This document shows, piece after piece, positions 14,001-22,106 of a stretch of DNA of 25,003 bases; position 1 is the stretch's first letter; each line of letters opens with the position of its first letter. This stretch comes from a virus (taxonomy: Duplodnaviria; Caudoviricetes). Under the pieces are notes generated by a model. The model was given only the letters and a program-made list of their open reading frames with translations, ran no database searches and was not told the origin of the DNA. The translations under genes and the position numbers were made by a program. Location of the stretch: positions 1 through 25,003 of the IMG/VR virus record IMGVR_UViG_3300032282_005369; one strand, 5' to 3'.

Positions 14001-16600
14001 CCATCCGCAAGCTGGGGATCGGGGCTTCCAAAGATCAACCCTAGCTTATTCGGTCGGAACGTCGTGAAATCCCGAGAGACGGTCCCGTGGTACATGGGGA
14101 TCGGGTTCCCCTTCTCGTCCACCACGGCCGATCCTTCGGCCCATTTCCTCAAGTTCTCGGGAGTCTGCTTTTCTTTGCCAAGGCTGAACAGCGGCTTGCC
14201 CGACGCCAATTTTTTCTGCCAAGCCTCGTCCTCCAGATCCGCGGCCGTCTTGCGGCGCGGTTTCTCCTCGGGCATCGCCTCTTCGGCAGAGGTTTCGGGA
14301 CGGGTGAACTCACCAGTCTCGATGTTGGTCGGGTAGAACACGGCGACGAACGCACGACCGTCATCGGTCTTTGCGTAGAATCCGTCGTACCCAAGGTCCT
14401 TCAGCATGCCCTCACTCTTCTGGGGGTTTGCCGCCGACCAGAGGTTCAGCGGGTCCTTGTCCATGTCGTAGATGTTCGACGAGTCGATCGACGTGCGGTA
14501 GCGGGTCATGCCCTTTCCACTCACGTTTTCGTACGACGCGGGCTTGCTGTTCCCGACGAAGAAGAACGACTTTTCCTGACCACGCATCATGCGGTGGTAG
14601 TGCTGTCCAGAACCCGTCCCGTAGTACGCCGGATCAATCTCGGTCAGATCGGGCACCCTAGAGTAGTGGCTCACATCGAGCGTCTTCTTCGGGACCGTGT
14701 ACTTGAGCCGGCCCTTTTCGTCGATGACGTCGCCGGCCATCGGCAGCTTCTGGAGCGAGAACCGATTGGCAGGCTTGTCGAGCTGAGACGCCGTAAACTG
14801 GTTGTACGCTTCGGCGTTCGGGTCGATTTCGACACCTCCGTTGACCCGATCCAAGTCGGGCTGGACCTTGTTCTCGGCCTGTTCGCGAAGCGTGCGGAGC
14901 ATGATGTCCGCCACTTCCTCGTCCGACAAGTTGACGATGCCGAGACCGGAAAGCCATTCGCGGACACGGGCCACGATGCGGGAAATGACGCCCGGAGCCT
15001 TTTCCTGATTCTCGGCGATCCACTCCTCCAAAAGCAGCATCCGGTCCTCGGTCTTGTACCGGGTCGCCAGCTCGGCCAGTTGATCCGCGGGGATCTCGCG
15101 CTCGGCAAACTGAGCAAACGCCCTCTTGCCCTCGGCGGTAGCCAAGGTCGAGTGAGCCCACTCGTGGTTCACGATCTGACCAAGTCGCTCGGGCGACGTG
15201 AAGGCCGTGTTGACGAGGATGATGTTCTCCTTCTCGTTGAACGCACCCTGCACCCCGTATCCGTTGTGGAGAAGCTCGGGATCGTAGATGAGGACGATGT
15301 TCTCAGGGGCGGTCGGATTGGCCCTCTTCCAGTCGATCAGCGCGGCGCGACCTTCATCGAGCGCCTTGTTGACGACTTCGGTGACAAACACGGTTTGTGG
15401 GGGAGCTACCTCTCCCACCAGCGCGATGTCCGACGGATTGGGCTCCACGCCGACGAGACGCGCCTGACGCACGTTCACCGCGGCCCAGAACTGCTCAGGA
15501 GTCATCTCCTCGGACCGTTCCAGACTGGCCTCCTGCGTGGGCTTGAGGGACGTCTTGGTCGCAGCCGGCGCCGGTTGCTCACCCGACATGCCCGCCGTAG
15601 CTTGCTCCCCCGGCACCGGCTGCGATGTGGGTTCACGACGGGAAAGCTCCAAACCCTCACGGGCACCAGCCATGCCGCCAAGGGCACCGGCGCCGACGAT
15701 CGCTTGGCCGACAGTCGGTCCAACTCCGGCCATCGCTTCGCGCTCCGGTTCAACCGGACGAGCGAGAATGTTCTTCGTGACCTGACCACCACCCTCCTCA
15801 ATCGACTCCTGAGTGGCTTCGCCGGCGGCACCCTTGACCGCACCCAGCACACGGCTGGCGATCGACGGGGCAGCGGTCTTCTCGGCTTTGCCGACAAGGG
15901 CCTTCTCGATCGTGCGGCCACCCGGCAGGAACTGGCTGCCCGCTGAGATTGCGCCCGCAACCAAGCCCGTTTCACGGGCAATCTGGAGGGCCACCGCAGC
16001 CTTGGCTTGCGGGATTGTGGAGCCTCGGTTCTGGACAAGGTCAGCGACCTGCGGGATCTGCATGGCCGTCTGGTCGTCCATGCCCTCCAGCGTGCGAACC
16101 AGCTCGTCGTATTGGTCACCACCAACGTCAGCCATGCCGCCAAGGGCACCGACGCCAACAGCCGTTCCGATGCCCACCTTGGTGGCAAACTCGGCCCCCT
16201 TTCTCGCGAGCAGCTTTCCAGTCGCCATGCGGGCTCCTGCGCCCAACGCCCCGGGGCCGACAGAACTCGGAGCTGTCTCGGCCACGGTCGTGGCGAGCAA
16301 AAGCGGGTTGGTGGCGGACTTTTTGACGTAGGTCCAAGCCTGATGGAACGGGTTTTCCTCAGCATTGACCGCCTCATCGCGGTCGGTCTCGGCCGCCAAC
16401 AGCTCGGGCGACTTTTGCTCCTGAAGGTACTGGATGTTTTCCTTCGCCTGACGCGTGAGCGCGTTTTCCTTGCCCGTAGTCAGCGTGGCAAGGTCACCCG
16501 CCATCTTGAGCAGGCCGTTTGAACCAATGGCGAACGAGGTGCCCACATCGCGGGCACCCCGGACCAATGGATTGTCGAGGACGTCGAAGGAATTAGCCAC
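11051..16600 (-). CDS. Large polyvalent virion protein: ejection-type N-terminus, zincin metallopeptidase, four ART-like modules, HhH glycosylase-like C-terminal domain
   Basis: Gly/Ala-rich N-terminus (GEATQESIEEGGGQ); HEWAH (15152-15166) plus EEWIAE; YHGT..G(Y/F)DG..F.P.QI.S modules; C-terminal WY..LAVTS..GPKLG..F..NL.G..TMDRW..QAILW; last large gene of the ejection cluster. Confidence 0.85.
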   Translation of the reverse strand: MANSFDVLDNPLVRGARDVGTSFAIGSNGLLKMAGDLATLTTGKENALTRQAKENIQYLQEQKSPELLAAETDRDEAVNAEENPFHQAWTYVKKSATNPLLLATTVAETAPSSVGPGALGAGARMATGKLLARKGAEFATKVGIGTAVGVGALGGMADVGGDQYDELVRTLEGMDDQTAMQIPQVADLVQNRGSTIPQAKAAVALQIARETGLVAGAISAGSQFLPGGRTIEKALVGKAEKTAAPSIASRVLGAVKGAAGEATQESIEEGGGQVTKNILARPVEPEREAMAGVGPTVGQAIVGAGALGGMAGAREGLELSRREPTSQPVPGEQATAGMSGEQPAPAATKTSLKPTQEASLERSEEMTPEQFWAAVNVRQARLVGVEPNPSDIALVGEVAPPQTVFVTEVVNKALDEGRAALIDWKRANPTAPENIVLIYDPELLHNGYGVQGAFNEKENIILVNTAFTSPERLGQIVNHEWAHSTLATAEGKRAFAQFAEREIPADQLAELATRYKTEDRMLLLEEWIAENQEKAPGVISRIVARVREWLSGLGIVNLSDEEVADIMLRTLREQAENKVQPDLDRVNGGVEIDPNAEAYNQFTASQLDKPANRFSLQKLPMAGDVIDEKGRLKYTVPKKTLDVSHYSRVPDLTEIDPAYYGTGSGQHYHRMMRGQEKSFFFVGNSKPASYENVSGKGMTRYRTSIDSSNIYDMDKDPLNLWSAANPQKSEGMLKDLGYDGFYAKTDDGRAFVAVFYPTNIETGEFTRPETSAEEAMPEEKPRRKTAADLEDEAWQKKLASGKPLFSLGKEKQTPENLRKWAEGSAVVDEKGNPIPMYHGTVSRDFTTFRPNKLGLIFGSPDPQLADGFAQTFSSIFEPGLKEAPEGSRVYKVFMRAKNPFDFENRKHVDQVFGDEEYIDTGRGSPVSRFAVREGDWHDIERLADRIKQLGFDGLYVEEKGVKNLAVFDPKQITSATGNVGAYGQRPVTEEEADRRGMTADEANRAQRQGDIRFSLTPELRKFSRGSVARDENGNPQVYYHGTPEAFEGNIFKSNEAKNRRGNVAGYYFTPEPEEASWYAGDREGGYKEGAQILPVYLAIKDPFIPGKSVISDVMKDAYRAELEKSNPWIEPGNRWFDDKIDDMVERRKISSDALNGDGDAYQRVIKAGGYDGFQDGRHLVAFEPTQIKSAIGNVGSFGQRPVTAEEAARVGMTEDEANRARRQGDYRFSLSQEKPIELYRAAGEPEARTGAHFSASRSDAAAYQDNPGFGGPNLYKFSVNQTNPLDLPSSNWAALRRLAEVVASIRESDASTLLETWKDSGYVTVFQVLENARKVEADLKEKYDWISFPDDYPAGAKTWKYLGEKPLLPTSPSSIQKPDIKYSLTNKPVGQTALEDAKNLTFKNQTEVSKYLGDLLKKEFPEGLDKMDADSRRKLAELFDRELSLALTMPENADAIGWYNREMQKVFEILRSPELDYKLDDPVNRGIFNAILAVTSNGQKVVPQFLKTAELYENWLKTGKIPPVGKWGGERNKAIKGHLTFLNQMIEAVGPEDTVKFLTSDQSLGDHLNNLYGMVAEAQGLPPEASVADKKAAVKKYLKTTMPSGELVDYNTVGAAVLGPKLGGGFFANLYGKFDRLTMDRWFMRTFHRLTGRLGEDRPEMIKGILDEARQEAADVLPEDLSDKEILDEIAVTGKQAFKNYKEIKKRLKADPDDADAHAQDVMRRLYNRYVKANSGLYDAPDNGRHRKFIREVIDDVQKLRAERGEEKIDTSDVQAILWYLEKDIWNRLRRKTDSDEISAIDKQTDDETGDAEDTAGRVSYSDGARELYRQKTKKDYVFKNEPVARTKS
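12912..13045. repeat. 134-bp direct repeat, copy 1 (end of ART-like module 3)
   Basis: Ungapped match to 13557-13690, 102/134 identical by hand count. Confidence 0.9.
13557..13690. repeat. 134-bp direct repeat, copy 2 (end of ART-like module 2)
   Basis: Offset 645 bp from copy 1; the encoded peptides are 35/45 identical. Confidence 0.9.
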
Positions 16601-16602
16601 GG

Positions 16603-18426
16603 TCAGGACTTTTTGAGATACCGACGAGAGGCGCCAAACCCATATTTTGCGTCAAACTCCTTCTCCAGAGCCGGATTCTCTCGAAGTTTGCTGATGGCTG
16701 CGGCGGTTGGAACGTCCGTTTCAGCTTCGGCCTTGCCCAGTTGTTGACCGGCTTGCCGGATCGCAGTGGTGGGAGCAGCGACTGCCAGAGGTGTGACCGC
16801 TTTGGGCAGCGCGGCCTCATAGGCACTGCGCTGCATCGCGGGGGAGAGGAGAAGTTCCCGGGCCCCCTTGCGGGCCAAAGGAACAGCCGCAGCGCCCGCA
16901 ATCGCCCCGGGCACGTTACCGGTGCCAAAGCCAACGACGCCACCAAGAGCCCCTTGGGCGAATGTGCCCAAAAGGCTGACGTCAGGCGACGAGACCTTGG
17001 ACGCTTCACGCAGGCTGTTCGGAAACGCGGCCTTAAACTCGGCGATTGTCCTCAGATTGCCACTCAGCGGAACGCCTCGCTTCAGCATCCTCAAAGCCAC
17101 GTCGGGATCGACGTTGAAGTTGCCCGGATTGAGCATCTCCTCGACGTTGTAGGTTTGGGCAATCCTCTGACGCGCTGGCACGATCTTATCGGCCAGATCG
17201 CTCCGCCCGATCTTGCGCAGCGTGGCATCGATGGAGTTTTCCAGTGTCTCAGCCTGTGCTTTGAGCGCAATGGCGCCCTGCTGGGCATCTACGTTTTTGC
17301 CACCAGACGCGTAGTAATTGTCCCACATGGACTGCATTTCACCACGCACTTTGCGCAGGTCCTCCAAGCTCGCGGCGGATTGTTCCTGAAGCCGGGCCTC
17401 TTTCTTGCCGTATTTTTTGTTGAACTTGGCTTCCTCGATTGCCCGTTGAGCGGGATCGGCAATGTTGGTGGCAGCAGCTCGGGCCTGCTGGAGCTTTTCA
17501 AGGTCTTTACGCGCTTTTTCAGCAAGCGCATCGACTTCCTTGTAGACTTGGGATTCCTGATCGCGAATTGCCTTGAGCGCGACGGGCGAGAGTTCCGCAT
17601 CAGCGGCAACCTTAAGTTCTTCTTTTGCCATGCGGGTTACCGCATCCTGATTGGCAAGCTGAGTGCGCTGATTGACCGCGGCCTTACCCCCAATGCTTTC
17701 CAGTTGAGTGGTGGTGAACGACGGGTCGAGGTCCGAAGGAACGACCTTCAGGCCCTTGGCCGCGCCCTCTTCAAAGGTGCGAAGCTCCTTCGACCGGCCG
17801 GCAAACGCCTTGCGCACCGCGGACACGGCGGCAGGAGCCGACGAAAGAACTTTCTGAGCCGTCGCACCAGCGGCGGCAGGCACCGCGGCGGCAAGTAGCG
17901 CCTCTTTGCCGGTCAGCATCTTGCCTTCATCGACCAGTTTCTGAGTCGCGGCAGAAGCGACGCCCGCAGCGCCCTGTTTGACAGCCTCCTTGGCGATCGC
18001 TTTGGCCCCGCTTTTCGCAAGGGAACCGCCCGGGATGGCTCCGGTGCCGACGTCAGACAAGAATTCACCCCAACGGAACTTGTAGTCGGGGTCTTCCGAC
18101 ATCCGTTGGAGTTGATTGACGATGTTTCCAGCGCCACCACCGATTGCACCGCCAACTACAGTACCAACACCGGGCGCGATGGCCGTGCCGATCATCTGAC
18201 CAGCCGTGCCAGCACCAGCCTCGGTCGCAAACTCGCGGATCGTGGTGCCGATCCCGCGTTCGGGACCGGCCTTGGGAGCAGCAGCGACCGGAGCAGCCTG
18301 TTCAGGAGCCGGTGCGGCAGGCATCTGAGCGAAGAACTGATCCAGTTCCTGCTCGGTCGGCGGACGTTCACCCTCAAGGGTGAGGGTCTGACCAGTCTCC
18401 TTGTTGCGGAAGGTGTATTGAGGCAT
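16603..18426 (-). CDS. Internal virion / DNA ejection protein (607 aa)
   Basis: Gly/Ala-rich hydrophobic stretches near both ends, helical middle, located between other ejection-type genes. Confidence 0.7.
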   Translation of the reverse strand: MPQYTFRNKETGQTLTLEGERPPTEQELDQFFAQMPAAPAPEQAAPVAAAPKAGPERGIGTTIREFATEAGAGTAGQMIGTAIAPGVGTVVGGAIGGGAGNIVNQLQRMSEDPDYKFRWGEFLSDVGTGAIPGGSLAKSGAKAIAKEAVKQGAAGVASAATQKLVDEGKMLTGKEALLAAAVPAAAGATAQKVLSSAPAAVSAVRKAFAGRSKELRTFEEGAAKGLKVVPSDLDPSFTTTQLESIGGKAAVNQRTQLANQDAVTRMAKEELKVAADAELSPVALKAIRDQESQVYKEVDALAEKARKDLEKLQQARAAATNIADPAQRAIEEAKFNKKYGKKEARLQEQSAASLEDLRKVRGEMQSMWDNYYASGGKNVDAQQGAIALKAQAETLENSIDATLRKIGRSDLADKIVPARQRIAQTYNVEEMLNPGNFNVDPDVALRMLKRGVPLSGNLRTIAEFKAAFPNSLREASKVSSPDVSLLGTFAQGALGGVVGFGTGNVPGAIAGAAAVPLARKGARELLLSPAMQRSAYEAALPKAVTPLAVAAPTTAIRQAGQQLGKAEAETDVPTAAAISKLRENPALEKEFDAKYGFGASRRYLKKS

Positions 18427-18431
18427 GGCGA

Positions 18432-20789
18432 TCAGCGGCGGGGCATCGTGCGGAACTGACGGGCCAGTTCTTCACGGCGCATGCGGTCTTCAGTGAGCCT
18501 GCGAGTAGCTTCCCGATCGACTTCCATGCGCGGCTCAAGGTTCGGAGCCGGCTGGGTGTCCAGAAAAGCGAGGAATCGGGTGATCAGATCGAAGTTCTCC
18601 GGGCTCAGGGTAAGGCGTTTGCCATCGGAGGAGGTAATCTCCCGCACGGGCGGTTCCCCTCGCTCGGCGCGTTGACCCGCCTCATACCGGGCCAGATTGG
18701 CGTTGGCGATGCCGACGCCCTGCGGCGAAAGTTGGGCTTGAGGGAGGCCCATTTCTTCGGCCCGGCGACGGCGAGCATTGTACTCCTCCCACGAATACTT
18801 GCCCGCGGGAGGCGTTGCGTACTGCGGCTCGGTGCGAACGGCTGCGCTGGGGGGAACTGGCGGATAGGAGGCTTGAGGCGGCAGTTTGTCTGGCGGAGAC
18901 GTCAGCACATCGCCGATCGCCTCACCAGTCGCTTCAAGCGGTCCTTTTTCGGCCATGCGGTAATCGCCTATGGCAAGGCCGCGTCCGACAGCGACGGCAC
19001 CGCGATTAGCCATGTCTAACAAACGACCCGGTGCGGCAGCCATATCCATCACTGAAGGCATGTTGGCTGCAAGACGTTCACCAGCACCAAAAGCTGAGAG
19101 AGCAGGATACTTGTATCCAGAAATTGAATTGGGAGCAGCGGCCGGAGCCGGAGCAGCCGCGGGAGCACCGGGAACCACGACTTGACCGGGATAACTCGGA
19201 ACGACTGGAGAGCCGGAAGGAATCTGCTCGTACTTGCTTGAACTGGGGGCGGGCACCAGCGGTTCAGCAGTGTGAGGTCCGGGAGCAACTTCCGGTGCCG
19301 CAGGGGCAGCGGCAGTAGCAGGAGCGGCCAGTTGCTCGCCAATCGTAATCTGCGCCGGAGCCATCGACCCAGCAGCCGGGAAGAGTGATTCCGCCGAAAG
19401 TCCGGCGGCAGAATCTTGGGTAGCTCGTGAGCGAGCACGGGCTTCAATCCTCGCGACGTCCTCGGGAGTGAAATACAGGTTTACGGCACCCGGATTGGTG
19501 GGGAACGCTTGACGAGTAATTCGGAGTACCCGGTCTTCCACGGCTTCCCTGTCGCGGTTGTAAGCCTGTGTAACCTCTTCCAAGGCTTTTTTCCTCGCCT
19601 CTTTGACCTGTTGAAGGTTCGCGACCATCTGATCGGGAGATAGGGTCGTGTTAAGATTCCCGAAGGTTGATCTGAGCTGTTCACCTTCCGTATCGGAAAC
19701 ATTGCCCAATGCACCACCGGTCGGCGAATCCTGCCGCAGTTTTTGCAGCCTATCGAAACCGACGTTTGCACCGATTGTTTTGATGGCACCTTCAAAGTCG
19801 GCAGCGTTGTTCGGGCTGATCCAAGTCCGAATGAACTGACCGGGTTTACCACCTCCGGTGACATTGCTGTTGGCGTACACCTTGGCGATCGCGTCATCGA
19901 TCACCTTGTCAACAAGTGCGGTATTTTGCTCCAACTGCTGAATGGTCTGATTCGCTTTGGGCAGCTTGTTGAAAAGGTTGTCCGATTGATCGTCCAACAG
20001 TTTTGCGGTCACCCGGTTGAACGATTCGTGCTCCTTTTCTCCCATCGTGATCGCCGAAGCCTGCTGACGCTTCAACAGATCGACCGCGGACTTGGTCATG
20101 GGCGCTCCAGCAGGCATAGTTCCGGCAGGCGTGACCGTTGGACGCGCCAAAAGACCGGAAGGGGGCGTGGCAATGGCACCGGAAGCGGCAAAAATCGGCG
20201 ATCCCGTCGCAACTGGAGCCGCATCAGTGGTGGTTGCACCAATAGTCCCGGGCAACTTCGTCGGAACTGGCATCCAGTTGCCGTTGGGATCTTGAATCCA
20301 ACGGACTCCTTGAGCGGTTTGTTGCTCCAGAAGCCGGCTGATGAACTCGGGGCTGTTTTTAGCCGTCGCGAGGGATTTTTCCTGAGCAAGTTTAGCCGCT
20401 TCGGCTTCCGCACGCGGCGTGATCAACCCCAGTTCCGCAGGATACTGGGCGGAAAAGAGCGCGGCTTTCTGACGCCGCATTTCGGCTTCAGACCCCAACA
20501 AACCGGTCTCGTAAGGCGCGGAAGCCGTCAACAACTGAGCCTTGGCCCGCCTCGCCTCAGCCTCGGGCTCAAGCAAGCCCGTCTCGGTCTTGGCCTTCTG
20601 AGTGGCAAGCGCCAGCTCGGCGTCGGTCGCAGCCTGCACCTGCTGAGTGGTGCGCAGCGCCTCGTTCGTCTTGAGCGCGTTTACGACGGCCCCGTAGATG
20701 CGGCTGGTGTCCACGACCCCGATGTTACCGGGGACATCTGGAGCCCGATCGAACTGCGAAAGTTGAAAACCGGAAGTTTCGAGGGCCAT
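18432..20789 (-). CDS. DNA ejection/transfer protein (P22 gp20-like core) with a long Pro/Ala-rich C-terminal extension
   Basis: GFDRLQKLRQDSPTGGALGNVSDTEGEQL..SPDQMVANL resembles gp20-like ejection proteins. Start placed at ATG 20789, 4 nt after the upstream stop. Confidence 0.7.
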   Translation of the reverse strand: MALETSGFQLSQFDRAPDVPGNIGVVDTSRIYGAVVNALKTNEALRTTQQVQAATDAELALATQKAKTETGLLEPEAEARRAKAQLLTASAPYETGLLGSEAEMRRQKAALFSAQYPAELGLITPRAEAEAAKLAQEKSLATAKNSPEFISRLLEQQTAQGVRWIQDPNGNWMPVPTKLPGTIGATTTDAAPVATGSPIFAASGAIATPPSGLLARPTVTPAGTMPAGAPMTKSAVDLLKRQQASAITMGEKEHESFNRVTAKLLDDQSDNLFNKLPKANQTIQQLEQNTALVDKVIDDAIAKVYANSNVTGGGKPGQFIRTWISPNNAADFEGAIKTIGANVGFDRLQKLRQDSPTGGALGNVSDTEGEQLRSTFGNLNTTLSPDQMVANLQQVKEARKKALEEVTQAYNRDREAVEDRVLRITRQAFPTNPGAVNLYFTPEDVARIEARARSRATQDSAAGLSAESLFPAAGSMAPAQITIGEQLAAPATAAAPAAPEVAPGPHTAEPLVPAPSSSKYEQIPSGSPVVPSYPGQVVVPGAPAAAPAPAAAPNSISGYKYPALSAFGAGERLAANMPSVMDMAAAPGRLLDMANRGAVAVGRGLAIGDYRMAEKGPLEATGEAIGDVLTSPPDKLPPQASYPPVPPSAAVRTEPQYATPPAGKYSWEEYNARRRRAEEMGLPQAQLSPQGVGIANANLARYEAGQRAERGEPPVREITSSDGKRLTLSPENFDLITRFLAFLDTQPAPNLEPRMEVDREATRRLTEDRMRREELARQFRTMPRR

Positions 20790-20793
20790 ATGA

Positions 20794-21645
20794 TTAACCG
20801 GTGGGGAGCATGGACCCACTCGAATTAAAGGTGTAGTTGCTCAAAGTCTGAGGCGCCACACTCGGCACAGTGAAAGGAGTGGCGTTGGCGAGCGGCTTGT
20901 ATGAACCGAGGAGACCCATACCAGCAGTGCCACCAGTCGAAGGCGTGGAGAAAAAGTTGCCAACGCCCGAGACGAGGCCGGGAATCGCGTTCAAGAGCTG
21001 ACTGTTTAGAGATCCTTGAGTGGCCGCCGCACCAGCCCCAACTTCACCAGCACTCTGAGCGAGGTTTGCGTCGATTCCGGCCTTCCGCATGTTGAATTGA
21101 TTCTGAGCGGCGTTCTGGGAAACGATAAGCGACGCCAGAGCGCCCGGATCAAGACCCGCGGTCGGGAGCTTATTGGCGGCAAGCAGGGAACCAGCATTAG
21201 CCAGACGCTGCTGTTTCAGATTCTCGGCCGTCAGGCCGATCTGAGCCGCGGTCAAGGGACCAGCAGGCGCACCACTCAAGGCGCCGGAAGTACGAGCAGC
21301 ACGAGCCACCTGATTCGCGATGTCCGGAGAGAGTTGACCGCCAAGGGCCAGATCGCTGCGGACTCGTTCGGCCACCGCCTGACGGGTGGCCGCGACATCC
21401 GGCGAAAGCTCGCGTTCGAGAGCCAGCGACTGGGTCGCGTTCGTGATGGCCTGCTGTTGAGCCTGCTGCTTCAGGTTCTCGATGTTGATCGGCTCGTACT
21501 TGAGGTTGGCCGCAATTTCCTGCTGACGAAGCAGGGCGTCCTTCTGGGCGCTGGCAGCTTTGCGCTGCGCAGACATGCTGGCGACAGTGCCGGCAGCGGA
21601 TGCAGCGGCGCTAAGAGCTAGGGCGGTGCCGGTGGCGATAGCCAT
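20794..21645 (-). CDS. DNA pilot/ejection protein (P22 gp7-like)
   Basis: Ala/Gly-rich hydrophobic N-terminus MAIATGTALALSAAASAAGTVAS followed by KAASAQ; Gln/Ala-rich body; directly downstream of the GNAT gene. Confidence 0.7.
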   Translation of the reverse strand: MAIATGTALALSAAASAAGTVASMSAQRKAASAQKDALLRQQEIAANLKYEPINIENLKQQAQQQAITNATQSLALERELSPDVAATRQAVAERVRSDLALGGQLSPDIANQVARAARTSGALSGAPAGPLTAAQIGLTAENLKQQRLANAGSLLAANKLPTAGLDPGALASLIVSQNAAQNQFNMRKAGIDANLAQSAGEVGAGAAATQGSLNSQLLNAIPGLVSGVGNFFSTPSTGGTAGMGLLGSYKPLANATPFTVPSVAPQTLSNYTFNSSGSMLPTG

Positions 21646-21647
21646 GA

Positions 21648-22106
21648 TCAGATCTCCTTCAAATAGTGTGTTTCAATGGGACGATACCCGCGAAGACGGT
21701 AAAAACGATCCATCACCTTGGGCATCACCTTTTCCAGATGAACCATGATGACGCGCTTGCAGCCTCGCTCCAAAGCCCACTCTTCAAAGTGGTCGAGCAA
21801 AGCTACACCGCAGCCCCGGTGATTGGGGTGGATAAACCAGAACATCTCGGTTGCCATCAAGACACCGTCATTGGGGTCGTCATAACTGAGAACTCCCAAA
21901 GCGCCAACAAGCCGGTGGTCTTTCTCAATTCCAAAGATAACCCCGATCTCCGACTCGATGAACTTTTTCCAAGTGGTTGCCCAAACAACCGGATCAAACT
22001 TGCCCGGGAGTTGACCCTCTTTCCAAAAAATCTCGGCCAGCGGGAAGAGTTCTTCCAGCCGCTCAACCGAGACTTCGGTGACCGAGGTTTTCAACTCCGT
22101 GTGCAT
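21648..22106 (-). CDS. GNAT-family acetyltransferase (virion morphogenesis cluster)
   Basis: WFIHPNHRGCGVALLDHFEEWALERGC (acetyl-CoA motif A) and FYRLRGY (motif B); TGATG-coupled start. Confidence 0.85.
   Translation of the reverse strand: MHTELKTSVTEVSVERLEELFPLAEIFWKEGQLPGKFDPVVWATTWKKFIESEIGVIFGIEKDHRLVGALGVLSYDDPNDGVLMATEMFWFIHPNHRGCGVALLDHFEEWALERGCKRVIMVHLEKVMPKVMDRFYRLRGYRPIETHYLKEI

Noticed and set aside
14087-15946. 619-aa + strand ORF and other long antisense ORFs (2584-3744, 11657-12562, 16741-17898, 19743-20828, 23281-24483)
   Set aside because: They lie wholly opposite well-supported genes, have no recognisable motifs, and are expected shadows of GC-rich codon usage.
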